Positions 29,482 through 39,252 of a DNA stretch of 64,000 nucleotides are shown here, piece by piece. The notes beneath the pieces are model-generated. The model searched no databases. It was not told where the DNA came from and saw only the letters and a program-made list of their open reading frames with translations. Source of the stretch: an uncultured Gammaproteobacteria bacterium (GTDB taxonomy: Bacteria; Patescibacteriota; Patescibacteriia; S139-126); the NCBI GenBank assembly GCA_964620905.1, contig CAZUKA010000001.1, positions 222,524-286,523 on the forward strand, given 5' to 3'. Positions within the stretch are counted from its first letter, which is position 1. The number at the start of each line of letters is the position of its first letter. The translations under genes and the position numbers were made by a program.

Positions 29482-31014
29482 TTAAAAAGGTAAATTTTCC
29501 GGCGCTTGTCCGGGAGATGTTGTTTGATCTGCAGATAAGTTTTCTGTTTTCTGTTTTTTATTTCCGTCATACTCAAACTGATTTTTTTCTGTTGGTAAAA
29601 CCACTTCAAAATCAGTTTGATCAGAAGATGAAATCCCATTAAAAATAGGTTTCGATTTAATTTCATTTTTAACCTCGCCAGGGATATTTACTGTTATGGG
29701 CTCTCCACCACGTTTCTGATCTACCGGTAACTGGGCAGGTGGCTCTGATCGTTTGCTTTCAACTTTTTTAACCAAAGGTGCTTTCACGGTTAAAGCAGGA
29801 AAATGATAAATAGTTGCTAACTCTTCAATATTTAAGATAAATGGTTTATTGCCAAAACGTAAATCGCCAATTCTTTTCTTAAAAGCTTTCATGATCTTGG
29901 TTTGCTTTTTAGCTAAACGTTTTTCCACCCGCCAATAATCAGCAGAGGTAGTTGTAGTTTTTACCTTAGCGAAATAGTTCATGTTTAATGTATTAAATTG
30001 GTTTAAACCTCCCATGATCGGAGCTACTCCCCGATTCTTATCAAAAATTTCACGTCGGGCTAAATAAATAAATCTACCTTTGACAAAAAAACCAATTTTC
30101 GACATTTTTTCTTCAATCGCTTGTAAAACATCTTTTTGACCACTAGTTAAATATAACATTTTATTTGGTTCATCACCTTTGCTTTTTTCATCAGCTGTAC
30201 CTTCAGCTTTAACAACAAAAGTATCTCCCAAAAATTTCATAAAAGACAAAAAAGGAATGGTTAAATAATAACCTAAATCTTTCTGCTGAGTTTGCTTTTC
30301 ACCAATAATTTTTTTTACTTCCTTTTCGCACTCTTTTTTCCAACTATCTCCCGTGGGTGTAATTATCCATTGCAAACAAGCAAATTCGCCTCCTTTTAAA
30401 TGTGACATCACCTCCAATAAAGATGAGATTGGATCTTTTATTTCTTGTGATAAAGTATGTTCAAAACGCGGATAGGTTCTAATAGGATAAGGGTTCTTAT
30501 TCCCCAATTTTATATCAGTGCCCCAAAGCTCATAGGTATCATTAGGAAATTCATCGGGAAAATTTTGGGCATAATCACTAAATGGCATAATTTCAGCGTC
30601 CGGATACTGGGCAAAAAAAGCCGCTTCTACCACGTCTTTATATTTTTCTGGAAAATGAACTAAATATTGGATATAACCTTCCAGACTGACCAATTCTAAA
30701 CTAAAAGGTAACTGATGCTGACCCAACCAATATTTTTCATATAAATTAGGTCCACTAAGAGTCCCGGCTAAAGTTGCGAAAACTTGTTCTACTGCTTTTG
30801 GTGATTGCTCGTTGTTTTTGGGAATATCAACCGCCAACAACATAAATTTGGTCGCACGTAAAAATTTTTCCCGACGCGCTGGTAACCAGAACCATTTAAT
30901 AAAAAAACTTAAAATAAAAAAAAGAAAAAATATTGAAAAAATTCCCAATAAAATTGGTCCGGCAACTGAGATAATTTTAGGATCTACATTTAGTGGTGAC
31001 AAATCGATGGTCAT
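29482..31014 (-). CDS. Membrane-anchored hypothetical partner of the VirD4-like ATPase
   Basis: N-terminal TM, FSLELVS, AQYPDAEI, YPIRTY, ILNIEELATIYHFP. Ends 3 nt before the ATPase. Confidence 0.7.
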   Translation of the reverse strand: MTIDLSPLNVDPKIISVAGPILLGIFSIFFLFFILSFFIKWFWLPARREKFLRATKFMLLAVDIPKNNEQSPKAVEQVFATLAGTLSGPNLYEKYWLGQHQLPFSLELVSLEGYIQYLVHFPEKYKDVVEAAFFAQYPDAEIMPFSDYAQNFPDEFPNDTYELWGTDIKLGNKNPYPIRTYPRFEHTLSQEIKDPISSLLEVMSHLKGGEFACLQWIITPTGDSWKKECEKEVKKIIGEKQTQQKDLGYYLTIPFLSFMKFLGDTFVVKAEGTADEKSKGDEPNKMLYLTSGQKDVLQAIEEKMSKIGFFVKGRFIYLARREIFDKNRGVAPIMGGLNQFNTLNMNYFAKVKTTTTSADYWRVEKRLAKKQTKIMKAFKKRIGDLRFGNKPFILNIEELATIYHFPALTVKAPLVKKVESKRSEPPAQLPVDQKRGGEPITVNIPGEVKNEIKSKPIFNGISSSDQTDFEVVLPTEKNQFEYDGNKKQKTENLSADQTTSPGQAPENLPF

Positions 31015-31018
31015 GGTT

Positions 31019-32137
31019 TTAAGAGGCAGCTAATTTATATGTGCCATCGGCGTTTTTAGTAAATCTTTTTTTATTCATTAGAGCCAAGGCAATAGTACTT
31101 TCCTTAACCAAGCGCTTCTGTAAAACTTCTTTTATTATTTCCTGCTTAGTCAATGGTTCAATGGAATTCTGAATAATTTCTTTTATCACCTCGGCTACAA
31201 CTCCTGGTTTATAACCCCATTCTTTCAAAGCATAAATTCCGCGACCAATCAACACATATCTACTATTATCTAAAATTAGTTCATTGTGGATAGTGGCCGC
31301 ATGCGCTTTCTTGCCGTCAAAATTTGCTTCGTTTATTTTTGTTGCTATTTCACGAAAATGCATTGGTTGACCGCCATGTTTGAGGACTAAATAAATTTTA
31401 TCATTCATCCGACGCGGTGAAATTAAAGGCCAATTATAAAAACCCCAATCGCCAAATGGATTGACTTTCAATTTTTTAGATAATTTGATGTAAGACAAAA
31501 AAATATCAAGATTTATTTTTTCTTGCCATTTCATACCAATCTCATCTTTTTTAAATTGTTGCCACAATTCTTCTGTAGTAAATAAACGATTGGCTCGTTT
31601 TATCATTTCTTCGGTTGCCAATATTACTTCGGATAAAATTTGCGAATTAAAATCCGGCAGTTGCCAACCAGCTTTGAAATTTTTATTTTCTCTTATAGGT
31701 AAAAACTGATCTTTGGCCAGTTCTAAAAAGAAAACAACAAAATTATCGTCTATTTTTTCATTAACCAATTCCTTTACTTTTCTAATTAATTCATTAGCTT
31801 CAATTACTCCACCTAAATCACGAATTATCTGTTCAACCACAATCAATGAATGGTTTAATTCTGTATTATCACGCAAAAATTTTTTTAGTTGTTTAATGCT
31901 TACTACTTCAATCTGTCGCACCCTCTCTCTAGTGATATTATAAACCTTGCCAATATCCTCCAAAGTATAACGTTTAGCTTCAATATTTAATCCATGACGT
32001 AAAGCAATCACATCTTTTTCCCTTGTTGGTAGTAGAGACAAGATTTCGTTGATAATAATTTTCGGATTAAATAAAGCTGCTTCTTCTTTAATTTGAGTAG
32101 CAATTACTTTTTCTAAAATTGAATCATTATTTGTCAT
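31019..32137 (-). CDS. Sigma-70 region 4 HTH plus HARE-HTH (RpoE/delta-like) domain protein
   Basis: REKDVIALRHGL...YTLEDIGKVYNITRERVRQIE at the N-terminus. C-terminal PMHFREIA...HNELI...YVLIGRGIYALKEWG. Confidence 0.8.
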   Translation of the reverse strand: MTNNDSILEKVIATQIKEEAALFNPKIIINEILSLLPTREKDVIALRHGLNIEAKRYTLEDIGKVYNITRERVRQIEVVSIKQLKKFLRDNTELNHSLIVVEQIIRDLGGVIEANELIRKVKELVNEKIDDNFVVFFLELAKDQFLPIRENKNFKAGWQLPDFNSQILSEVILATEEMIKRANRLFTTEELWQQFKKDEIGMKWQEKINLDIFLSYIKLSKKLKVNPFGDWGFYNWPLISPRRMNDKIYLVLKHGGQPMHFREIATKINEANFDGKKAHAATIHNELILDNSRYVLIGRGIYALKEWGYKPGVVAEVIKEIIQNSIEPLTKQEIIKEVLQKRLVKESTIALALMNKKRFTKNADGTYKLAAS

Positions 32138-32168
32138 ACTATTACATTAATAATACCCTAATATTATT

Positions 32169-32197
32169 AGTATACCAAATTTTTGCCAATCTGTCAA
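32169..32197 (-). promoter_or_regulatory. Sigma70 promoter heading the HTH-ATPase-RuBisCO run
   Basis: Minus strand TTGACA (32197-32192), 17 nt spacer, TATACT (32174-32169). Confidence 0.7.
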
Positions 32198-32345
32198 ATA
32201 TATGTTTGTATTAAGTTTCACAAAAATTAAATTCCACGGCTATACGGCCGTGGTATCTATAAAACTAGTATTGACTAAAATATACTATCTAAAAGAAAAA
32301 TTCCCTGATTAATTATAAATTAAATATTTAATCTATCTAGTTGGT

Positions 32346-32768
32346 TTATTTTAAGCTTATTAAAATCGCACCACCAGCCATCATAATACTACCAAGAATT
32401 CCCTTCCAACCAAAGCCTTCACTTAAAAATATACCGGCGAGTAACACAACAAAAACGATACTCAATCTATCAATAGCAGCTACTTTGCTGGCTACACCGA
32501 CTTTGAGGGCATAAAAATAAAATAACCATGACAAAGCCCCAGCAACACCAGCTAAAACAATCAACCACCAATCTTTACTGGACAAAGTTTGTATAGTGAA
32601 ACCTCGCCATTTTCCAAAAATTAAACTAACTAAAACTAAAAACAAGGCCATAATTACTGACCTGATAGCTGTAGCCAGAGTTGAATCAATATTTTTTAAA
32701 CCCAACTTGCCAAAAATCGCCACCAACGCTGCGCTGATAGCAGCTAAAAATGCATAAAATTGCCACAT
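32346..32768 (-). CDS. EamA/DMT family small transporter
   Basis: IFGKLGLKNIDS, LSWLFYFYAL, SKVAAIDRLS, about 5 TM segments. Confidence 0.88.
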   Translation of the reverse strand: MWQFYAFLAAISAALVAIFGKLGLKNIDSTLATAIRSVIMALFLVLVSLIFGKWRGFTIQTLSSKDWWLIVLAGVAGALSWLFYFYALKVGVASKVAAIDRLSIVFVVLLAGIFLSEGFGWKGILGSIMMAGGAILISLK

Positions 32769-32771
32769 AAA

Positions 32772-33749
32772 TTAATTTGTTATTCTTTTTTTAAATTCCT
32801 CCACCATTGGCACTTGTTCTTCCTCGTGACCATAGTATCTGGCAATAGAAACAGCTGTCCAATCAGCCAACAGTAAAGAATTAAAATATTTTAACCATTT
32901 TGTTTCACCCTCTAAATATATATTTCTAACTGGTAAACGTCTCTCATGATAAAGTTGAAATAAAACCTCTAGCCTTTTTTTATTTCGCGGATTATCTGTA
33001 GAATCAAGTAAAAATAAGATATAAAAACGATCAGTCAAATATTTACTTTTGTCGTTTAAATCAAAACCAGTCATCTCGTTGTGGTTGAGTTCTGGGACTA
33101 CATTATAAAAAGCCGGGATTTTACCTGTTTCATTTAATTTAATTTTCCAATTATATCCCAAACTTTTATTTTTTTGACTAGTATAAATCAGAGGAACAAA
33201 ACCCGATATTTCAGAGGCTATTTCTTGACCTTGGCTTTTCATTTTTTCAACTTCTAGTTCGGTAGTTAATTTTTTTAAAGTCAACAAAATATCCTTTTTG
33301 GCAAGTAAGGTAGCAAGAGCTATCAAGCTAAATCCCAAAGCACTGCGTGGTTGAATACCGGTTTGAGGAAGTTTTATATATGGCACGCCATCTTTTTGAG
33401 CCAAAGCTAACAATTGCCCACCTACCGCAATCACGGCTGATGATAATTTTTTAGACCGGGCCTGCAGATAACCATCAATAGTTTCTTCGGTATTACCAGA
33501 GTAAGAACTAAAAATAAATAAAGTGTTTTTTGACCTCTCAGTAGTCAGTGCAACTTCAGGTAAACCATAATCTGAATGAATTTGTAAATCAATTTCTGGT
33601 TCTAAATTTTGCAATATATCAGCCGATAAGTGCGATCCTCCCATACCACAAACCACAAAACTTTTATAGGTAGTGAGCTGGGAAGCAAATTCAACTTTAG
33701 GTGAAAATTCAAACTGCTTAGGGAAATTCAAAATAGCCTCGGTCATCAT
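32772..33749 (-). CDS. Bifunctional phosphoglucose/phosphomannose isomerase (SIS domain)
   Basis: GMGGS, SSYSGNTEET, QPRSALG, NETGK, PELNHNE. Confidence 0.9.
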   Translation of the reverse strand: MMTEAILNFPKQFEFSPKVEFASQLTTYKSFVVCGMGGSHLSADILQNLEPEIDLQIHSDYGLPEVALTTERSKNTLFIFSSYSGNTEETIDGYLQARSKKLSSAVIAVGGQLLALAQKDGVPYIKLPQTGIQPRSALGFSLIALATLLAKKDILLTLKKLTTELEVEKMKSQGQEIASEISGFVPLIYTSQKNKSLGYNWKIKLNETGKIPAFYNVVPELNHNEMTGFDLNDKSKYLTDRFYILFLLDSTDNPRNKKRLEVLFQLYHERRLPVRNIYLEGETKWLKYFNSLLLADWTAVSIARYYGHEEEQVPMVEEFKKRITN

Positions 33750-33753
33750 AGAT

Positions 33754-34482
33754 TTATTGCTTAGTTAGATTTATCAATTCCACCCAAGAATCATAAGGCA
33801 CTACTCCAGATATTTTTTCACCGTTGATAAAAAAAGTAGGTGTTGCTTCTACACTTAAATCAAAACCATCACTCTGGTCTTGAGCAACTTCATTTTTATA
33901 TTTTTCTGTCTCCAAACATTCTTTAAAAACATTCATATCCAATTGCAATCTTTCGGCATAAACAAATAAATACCCCAAGTCTAACTTTGATTGATTTTGG
34001 AAAAGTAGATCATGGTATTCCCAAAATTTTTCTTGGTCATAAGCACACTGTGCAGCTAAAGCTGCTGTTCTAGCTTGAGGATGAATATCATCCAACGGAA
34101 AGTCTCGATAAATATAAAAAACATCATTAGGATAATTGCGCAATAAATCCCTGACAATGGTATGTGCTTGCGAACAATAAGGACATTGAAAGTCAGAAAA
34201 TTCTACTATCCGTAAAGGAGCATTTGGGTTGCCTAAATGTGGATCAGTAGTTGTGTAAATTTTTTCCAAATAACTTTGTCCATCAATATTTTGGGTTGTA
34301 TTTATATTTAAACCACTTGGCGATTTTGAAGCGAGAAATGCTAGTAGAATTGAGATACTTACCCAAATTATGACTATAGCCAAAATAAACAAAATAAACC
34401 AAAAACGCCAACGATAAATTAATTTTTTTTTCTGCTGTTTTTCCTGAGCTTGTGTAGTATTGGTATCTGTTTCAACTGGCAT
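33754..34482 (-). CDS. DsbA-family thioredoxin-fold oxidoreductase
   Basis: TM anchor, EFSDFQCPYC, RDFPL, ATPTFFING. Confidence 0.9.
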   Translation of the reverse strand: MPVETDTNTTQAQEKQQKKKLIYRWRFWFILFILAIVIIWVSISILLAFLASKSPSGLNINTTQNIDGQSYLEKIYTTTDPHLGNPNAPLRIVEFSDFQCPYCSQAHTIVRDLLRNYPNDVFYIYRDFPLDDIHPQARTAALAAQCAYDQEKFWEYHDLLFQNQSKLDLGYLFVYAERLQLDMNVFKECLETEKYKNEVAQDQSDGFDLSVEATPTFFINGEKISGVVPYDSWVELINLTKQ

Positions 34483-34537
34483 ATTATTTTTATAATTTTA
34501 CTTTAAATTTATTATACCAAATTACCTGTAAACCAAC

Positions 34538-34563
34538 AAAAACCCCGACGTTAGTCGGGGTTT
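34538..34563 (-). terminator. Intrinsic terminator
   Basis: AAAAACCCCGAC-GTTA-GTCGGGGTTT. Confidence 0.75.
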
Positions 34564-34581
34564 CGTTATTATCTTATTTTG

Positions 34582-35334
34582 TTACTGTAATAGTGGATCA
34601 ATAATTGATTTAACATTAGCAATAGGTAAGGCACCACTAATTGGCACTCTTTGTCCATCACGGGTTAATACTACTGAATAAGGCGTGCCTTGTCCGCCGC
34701 TATTGATGGCGTCTTGATATTGGTTTTGGACTTTGTCTTTGAAAGTGTTAGCTTTGACACAATCGTTAAATTTAGTTTCATCCACACCAACATTTTTAGC
34801 AAAGGCAACTAAATCATCAACTTCTTGTTCATAAAGCAGGTCTAAATATTGCCAAAATACATCATTACCACCCAATGAACCAACGCATTCTGCCGCTTCG
34901 GCTTTTGCTCTAGCTTGAGGGTGAAGTGAATCAAGAGGGAAATGACGATATACCCAAGCAACTTTACCAGCATAATCACCTAGCACCTGTTTCATAGTCG
35001 GATGGAAACGAGAACAGAAAGGACAATCAATATCTGAAAATTCAACGATTACCACTTGTGCGCTATCAATGTCACCTCGAATATAATCTTCACTACTAAC
35101 CGGTTGAATATTTATCTGACCTGAGGGAGCCGCTTGGTTGTCGTCATTCGCTGCAGGTTGGGTGGGTTGATTAAATGCAGCTAATGATTTATCGTTTTTA
35201 GCTGTATTACCTTGACCATTAAATAACAACCAAAAAAAACCAATACTAAAAATTACTAAAAAAGTGGCAATTATACCTAAAACAAAAGATTTGCCAGGAC
35301 CTAAAAATTCAAATAAACTCGGTTTTTTATCCAT
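34582..35334 (-). CDS. DsbA-family oxidoreductase
   Basis: EFSDIDCPFC, WVYRHFPL, GTPYS, GALP. Likely start MDKKPS. Confidence 0.9.
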   Translation of the reverse strand: MDKKPSLFEFLGPGKSFVLGIIATFLVIFSIGFFWLLFNGQGNTAKNDKSLAAFNQPTQPAANDDNQAAPSGQINIQPVSSEDYIRGDIDSAQVVIVEFSDIDCPFCSRFHPTMKQVLGDYAGKVAWVYRHFPLDSLHPQARAKAEAAECVGSLGGNDVFWQYLDLLYEQEVDDLVAFAKNVGVDETKFNDCVKANTFKDKVQNQYQDAINSGGQGTPYSVVLTRDGQRVPISGALPIANVKSIIDPLLQ

Positions 35335-35492
35335 ATATGAATTTAAATTAATTTTTATAATTAAACTATTTGATAGTATAACAAATATTTTATTTTGGTG
35401 CAATTATGTGTGGATAAAAAATCAATTGTTTAAAATTATTAAAAATTCTTGGTTCAATATTCCAGTATATTAATAATTTCTCCAACTATACA

Positions 35493-35521
35493 TTGACAAA
35501 AGAAATGAGTTATTTTATATT
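35493..35521 (+). promoter_or_regulatory. Sigma70 promoter of the small + strand unit
   Basis: TTGACA (35493-35498), 17 nt spacer, TATATT (35516-35521). Confidence 0.6.
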
Positions 35522-35547
35522 TAAATCCTATCAAACAGGAGGGCTCG

Positions 35548-35697
35548 ATGATAGACCAAATTAAAGTAATATTTAATCGTTCATTTTATTTAATTCCCTT
35601 CTGTCTTGGTACAAAGCGTACTACATGTACGCACCTAAAAAACCCGATTCAAATGAAACTGCTTGGTCACTATGATCTTTTGATAGAACCTGGCTAG
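35548..35697 (+). CDS. Unannotated 49-aa orphan microprotein
   Basis: AGGAGG SD. Manual translation MIDQIKVIFNRSFYLIPFCLGTKRTTCTHLKNPIQMKLLGHYDLLIEPG*. Has its own promoter and terminator. Confidence 0.5.
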   Translation: MIDQIKVIFNRSFYLIPFCLGTKRTTCTHLKNPIQMKLLGHYDLLIEPG

Positions 35698-35726
35698 GTG
35701 CCAAAAATCGTTTTGTACTTGGACAT

Positions 35727-35754
35727 AAGCGACTCTTTATTGAGTCGCTTTTTT
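35727..35754 (+). terminator. Intrinsic terminator
   Basis: AAGCGACTC-TTTATT-GAGTCGCTT followed by TTTT. Confidence 0.8.
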
Positions 35755-35800
35755 AACTGTTTCAATTTTATAAAAATTCTTATACTATAAATAGGACTAT

Positions 35801-35875
35801 GGCCCGTTCGTCTAGTGGCTAGGACGCATGGTTCTCATCCATGTAACAGGGGTTCAATTCCCCTACGGGCTACCA
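35801..35875 (+). tRNA. tRNA-Glu (anticodon CTC)
   Basis: Acceptor stem GGCCCGT/ACGGGCT, anticodon arm CATGG-TTCTCAT-CCATG, T arm GGTTCAATTCC, encoded 3' CCA. Confidence 0.96.
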
Positions 35876-35903
35876 TTTATTTTTTATTATTGACCAATTA
35901 TCA

Positions 35904-36194
35904 ATGACCAATTATCAAGAAGAAAAAGATCTTATTCAAGATTTTTTTATGCCAATTTTACTGGGAAAATTGAGAGCTAACCGTTTTAAAAAACATTGGG
36001 GTGATGAAAGTATCGAAAATTTAATAAAAAGAGTTGACCAAGAAGTAATTGAATTAAAAGAATATATTAAAATGAATCATCGGAGTAAAATCGCTTTAGA
36101 AGCGGCTGATGTTGCTTTATTCTGTGCAATGATAGCCTATCTCTCAACTTTACCTGAATCAACAAAAACTAAACCCACGGTTTCTCCTGTCTAA
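35904..36194 (+). CDS. Small MazG-like (all-alpha NTP pyrophosphatase) protein
   Basis: EVIEL...LEAADVALF fits the ExxE...ExxD motif. Confidence 0.55.
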   Translation: MTNYQEEKDLIQDFFMPILLGKLRANRFKKHWGDESIENLIKRVDQEVIELKEYIKMNHRSKIALEAADVALFCAMIAYLSTLPESTKTKPTVSPV

Positions 36195-37455
36195 CTAAAA
36201 GTAATTTTGCATTCTCTGGCTGAGCCATAACTTCTTTAACTACTAGCTCCATGCGGGCTCCTTGTGAACCCTTAATCAATATTAGATCGTTTTTTTTAAT
36301 TAGCTGTTGCAAAAACTCACCTGTCTTTTGATTGTCAGAAAAAAAATAAACCCGTTCCTCGCCCATACCTGCTTCTTTAGCACCCCGACCAATATCTCTA
36401 GCTTTCTCTCCGACACAAAGTAAAAAATCTATATTTAACTCAGCCGCTCGGTGTCCAACCTCACGATGCCCTTGTTCGGTGTATGAACCAAGCTCCAACA
36501 TATCGCCAAAAACCGCTATTCGCCTACCTTGACCTGGTAAATAAATTTCAGCTAACACCTCGAGTCCAGCTTTAGCCGCGGCGGGAGAAGAATTATAAGT
36601 ATCATCAATAACAATTGTATCTTTTATTCCCAAAATTAAATTCATCCTGCCTTTGGGAGACTGAAATCTTTGCAGAGCATCAGCGATTTCAACTAAATTA
36701 AAATTACAAGCTATACCTACCGCAGCTGCTGACAAAGCTGCATAAACTTGATGTCTCCCTAATACTCCTGGTAAAAAAATAGGCACACTACTGCCACCAT
36801 AGACTAACTTGAAAGATAAACCTTTTACCACTTCCTCAGCACCCCAATTACCGGCAGATAAGTTTATTTCTACAGCTCGCACAATATTGTCAGGCTCCAG
36901 TCCATATGTAATAACTTGTGACCTAGCTTTCAAGCTGGTTTGTTTTACCAACCAATCATCACCATTTAAGATGGCGGTTCCTTCTCTTTTAACAGTTTCA
37001 ATAATTATTTGTTTTTCTCTTAAAATATTTTCAATTTTTTTAAAAAATTCCAAATGCACCGAAGTCACAGCCGTCAAAACACTAATATCAGGCTGAATAA
37101 AGGAAGTTAAATAACGAATATCACCTGGTCGATCAGCTCCCATTTCTAAAACTAAAACTTGCGGATACTGCTGTTTAACAATAAGTAAAATTATAGCCTG
37201 ATAAAAAACCATCAGCCAACCAAATAAATTTTTACCAGGGCTTCTAAAACCTAAAACCGTCAAAGGTACACCAATCTCGTTATTGAAATTTCCGGTACTG
37301 CGACGGACGGAAAAATGTTTTTGTAAAACCGAATAAATCGCCTCTTTGGCAGAAGTTTTTCCTACCGATCCGGTGATGGCAACTATCTTAGGCTGATATT
37401 TCTTGATCACCAATTGAGAAAATATTTTCAACCACCATATTACTATTTTTTTCAT
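36169..37455 (-). CDS. murF: UDP-MurNAc-tripeptide--D-Ala-D-Ala ligase
   Basis: ITGSVGKTS, NNEIGVPLT, EMGADRPGDI, DDTYNSSP, GDMLELG, KGSQG. Likely start MKKIVIW. Confidence 0.92.
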   Translation of the reverse strand: MKKIVIWWLKIFSQLVIKKYQPKIVAITGSVGKTSAKEAIYSVLQKHFSVRRSTGNFNNEIGVPLTVLGFRSPGKNLFGWLMVFYQAIILLIVKQQYPQVLVLEMGADRPGDIRYLTSFIQPDISVLTAVTSVHLEFFKKIENILREKQIIIETVKREGTAILNGDDWLVKQTSLKARSQVITYGLEPDNIVRAVEINLSAGNWGAEEVVKGLSFKLVYGGSSVPIFLPGVLGRHQVYAALSAAAVGIACNFNLVEIADALQRFQSPKGRMNLILGIKDTIVIDDTYNSSPAAAKAGLEVLAEIYLPGQGRRIAVFGDMLELGSYTEQGHREVGHRAAELNIDFLLCVGEKARDIGRGAKEAGMGEERVYFFSDNQKTGEFLQQLIKKNDLILIKGSQGARMELVVKEVMAQPENAKLLLVRQEKPWV

Positions 37456-37491
37456 ATAATTTAATTGTAAATCATTTGCCAATTAAAACAA

Positions 37492-39243
37492 TCAGCGCTT
37501 GGGAGTAACTTGATAATATTGCAAAATAAATTTAGCTATTTCACCAAATAAGGGAGCTGCTGATGATTCGGCAAACCGGGTACTGGGATGATCAAGTTTC
37601 GTGAGCATGACAAATTTTGGATCATCAATAGGACCAAAACCTACAAATGACTGAATAGTTTCCTCTGCATACCCACCTTGCGGTGACGGAACTTGTGCCG
37701 TGCCGGTTTTACCAGCTAAATAATAACCCGGTACACTTGCTCGCCAACCATGGCCTTCTTCCACTGCCGAAACCAACATACCAGAAAGTAATACTGATAC
37801 CTCGGGAGAAATTACCTGGCGAATAATCTTTTTTTCAAACTTTTCTATCTGACCATCGGGTTTTCTTATTTCTGCTACCAAATAAGGTTTTAATAATTCT
37901 CCGCCATTGGCAATGGCAACATAAGCCATCAACATTTGTAAGGGAGTAACAGTAATACCCTGACCAAAAGATGCTGTATAAGCATAAATTGGACGTACAC
38001 CAACATTATCGATGTTACCTTTAGCTTCACCAGGTAAAGTGATATTGGTTAATTCACCAAAGCCAAAACCTTCTAAATATTTTTTAAAAATATTTTCTCC
38101 AATCTGGTCTACAACGTACATAACACCAGTATTTAAAGAATTCACTAAAACATCAGTCATTGATACCAATCCGTGACCTTGGGGATTTATACTAATATCA
38201 GAATTACATATTGGCTTAGACCAACCGCTAATTTGGCGACAACCATCATCTCGATAAGTAGAACGTGGTGTAATTTTTTTCAAATCCAATGCTGCAGCCA
38301 TCGTGATTGGCTTAAAAATAGAACCTGGTTCATACAGATCAGAAACAGCAGGATTTTTAAACTCTTCAATATTTTTTACTTCAAAATATTTATTGGGGTC
38401 AAATTCCGGATATGAACACATAGCCAAAATTGCCCCTGTATTTGGCTCGATTACAATCACTTCACCACCAATCGCACCAAACTTTTCAACATATTCATTC
38501 AAAGTCTTACAACTGACATATTCGATACTTGGATCAATGGTTAAAACAAAATCAGATCCATCAATTGCACTTTCCAAACTACTGGCACCAACTGTTATCA
38601 TTCTACCTGCTGCATCGCGTTCTGAATTTATTTTTCCTCGACTACCAGCTAATTCATCATCAAAATACCCCTCCAAACCATATTGTCCTTTGGCTTGGTC
38701 TGATTTAAAACTATAAAAACCAACTAAATTTGATCCAATTTTTTGATTGGGATAATAGCGCGATTCTTCATTTAAAAAATGTAAGCCTTCGATTTGCCAA
38801 TCTTCAATAGTTTTCTTTTCATTTTCATCAATACCTTTTTTTATTTGTTCAAAAGGATCATCAGTCTGGGACAATCGTTGAACAAAATAATCTGTGGTAG
38901 TAGCATCCCATTGAAATTGTTCTTGTAATTTGTTTACTATCCCTTGTCTGTCAGCTACCAAATTTTTTGGAACAGCATAGAGCGTATACAAGGTTCGATT
39001 TTGTGCTAAAGGTTGCCATTCTCCTTCTTTATCACGCATAAAAATTTCACCTCTGATTGGCACTAATTCACGTAGTATTTCGTGTTGCCCTGATGCTAAT
39101 TTTTTATAATAATCTCGATCAATCACCTGCAATTTTAACAAACGCCATGACACCAATAAAAAAAATAAAAACATAAAAACAACAAAAAAAGTTAGCCGCC
39201 AATCAACCAACTTTATTTGATTTTTTTTCGCCTTGAACATCAA
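37492..39243 (-). CDS. ftsI: Class B penicillin-binding protein (FtsI/SpoVD-like)
   Basis: RGEIFMR, EPGSIFK (SxxK), SLN (SxN), GKTGTAQ. Follows mraZ-rsmH-ftsL. Confidence 0.88.
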   Translation of the reverse strand: MMFKAKKNQIKLVDWRLTFFVVFMFLFFLLVSWRLLKLQVIDRDYYKKLASGQHEILRELVPIRGEIFMRDKEGEWQPLAQNRTLYTLYAVPKNLVADRQGIVNKLQEQFQWDATTTDYFVQRLSQTDDPFEQIKKGIDENEKKTIEDWQIEGLHFLNEESRYYPNQKIGSNLVGFYSFKSDQAKGQYGLEGYFDDELAGSRGKINSERDAAGRMITVGASSLESAIDGSDFVLTIDPSIEYVSCKTLNEYVEKFGAIGGEVIVIEPNTGAILAMCSYPEFDPNKYFEVKNIEEFKNPAVSDLYEPGSIFKPITMAAALDLKKITPRSTYRDDGCRQISGWSKPICNSDISINPQGHGLVSMTDVLVNSLNTGVMYVVDQIGENIFKKYLEGFGFGELTNITLPGEAKGNIDNVGVRPIYAYTASFGQGITVTPLQMLMAYVAIANGGELLKPYLVAEIRKPDGQIEKFEKKIIRQVISPEVSVLLSGMLVSAVEEGHGWRASVPGYYLAGKTGTAQVPSPQGGYAEETIQSFVGFGPIDDPKFVMLTKLDHPSTRFAESSAAPLFGEIAKFILQYYQVTPKR

Positions 39244-39252
39244 GGGATAAGA

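Noticed and set aside
27691-31014. VirD4-like ATPase as a conjugative element
   Set aside because: No relaxase, integrase, VirB genes or att sites. It is embedded among chromosomal genes.
35801-36194. Prophage or genomic island at tRNA-Glu
   Set aside because: Only one small ORF follows before murF. No integrase or duplicated tRNA 3' end was seen.
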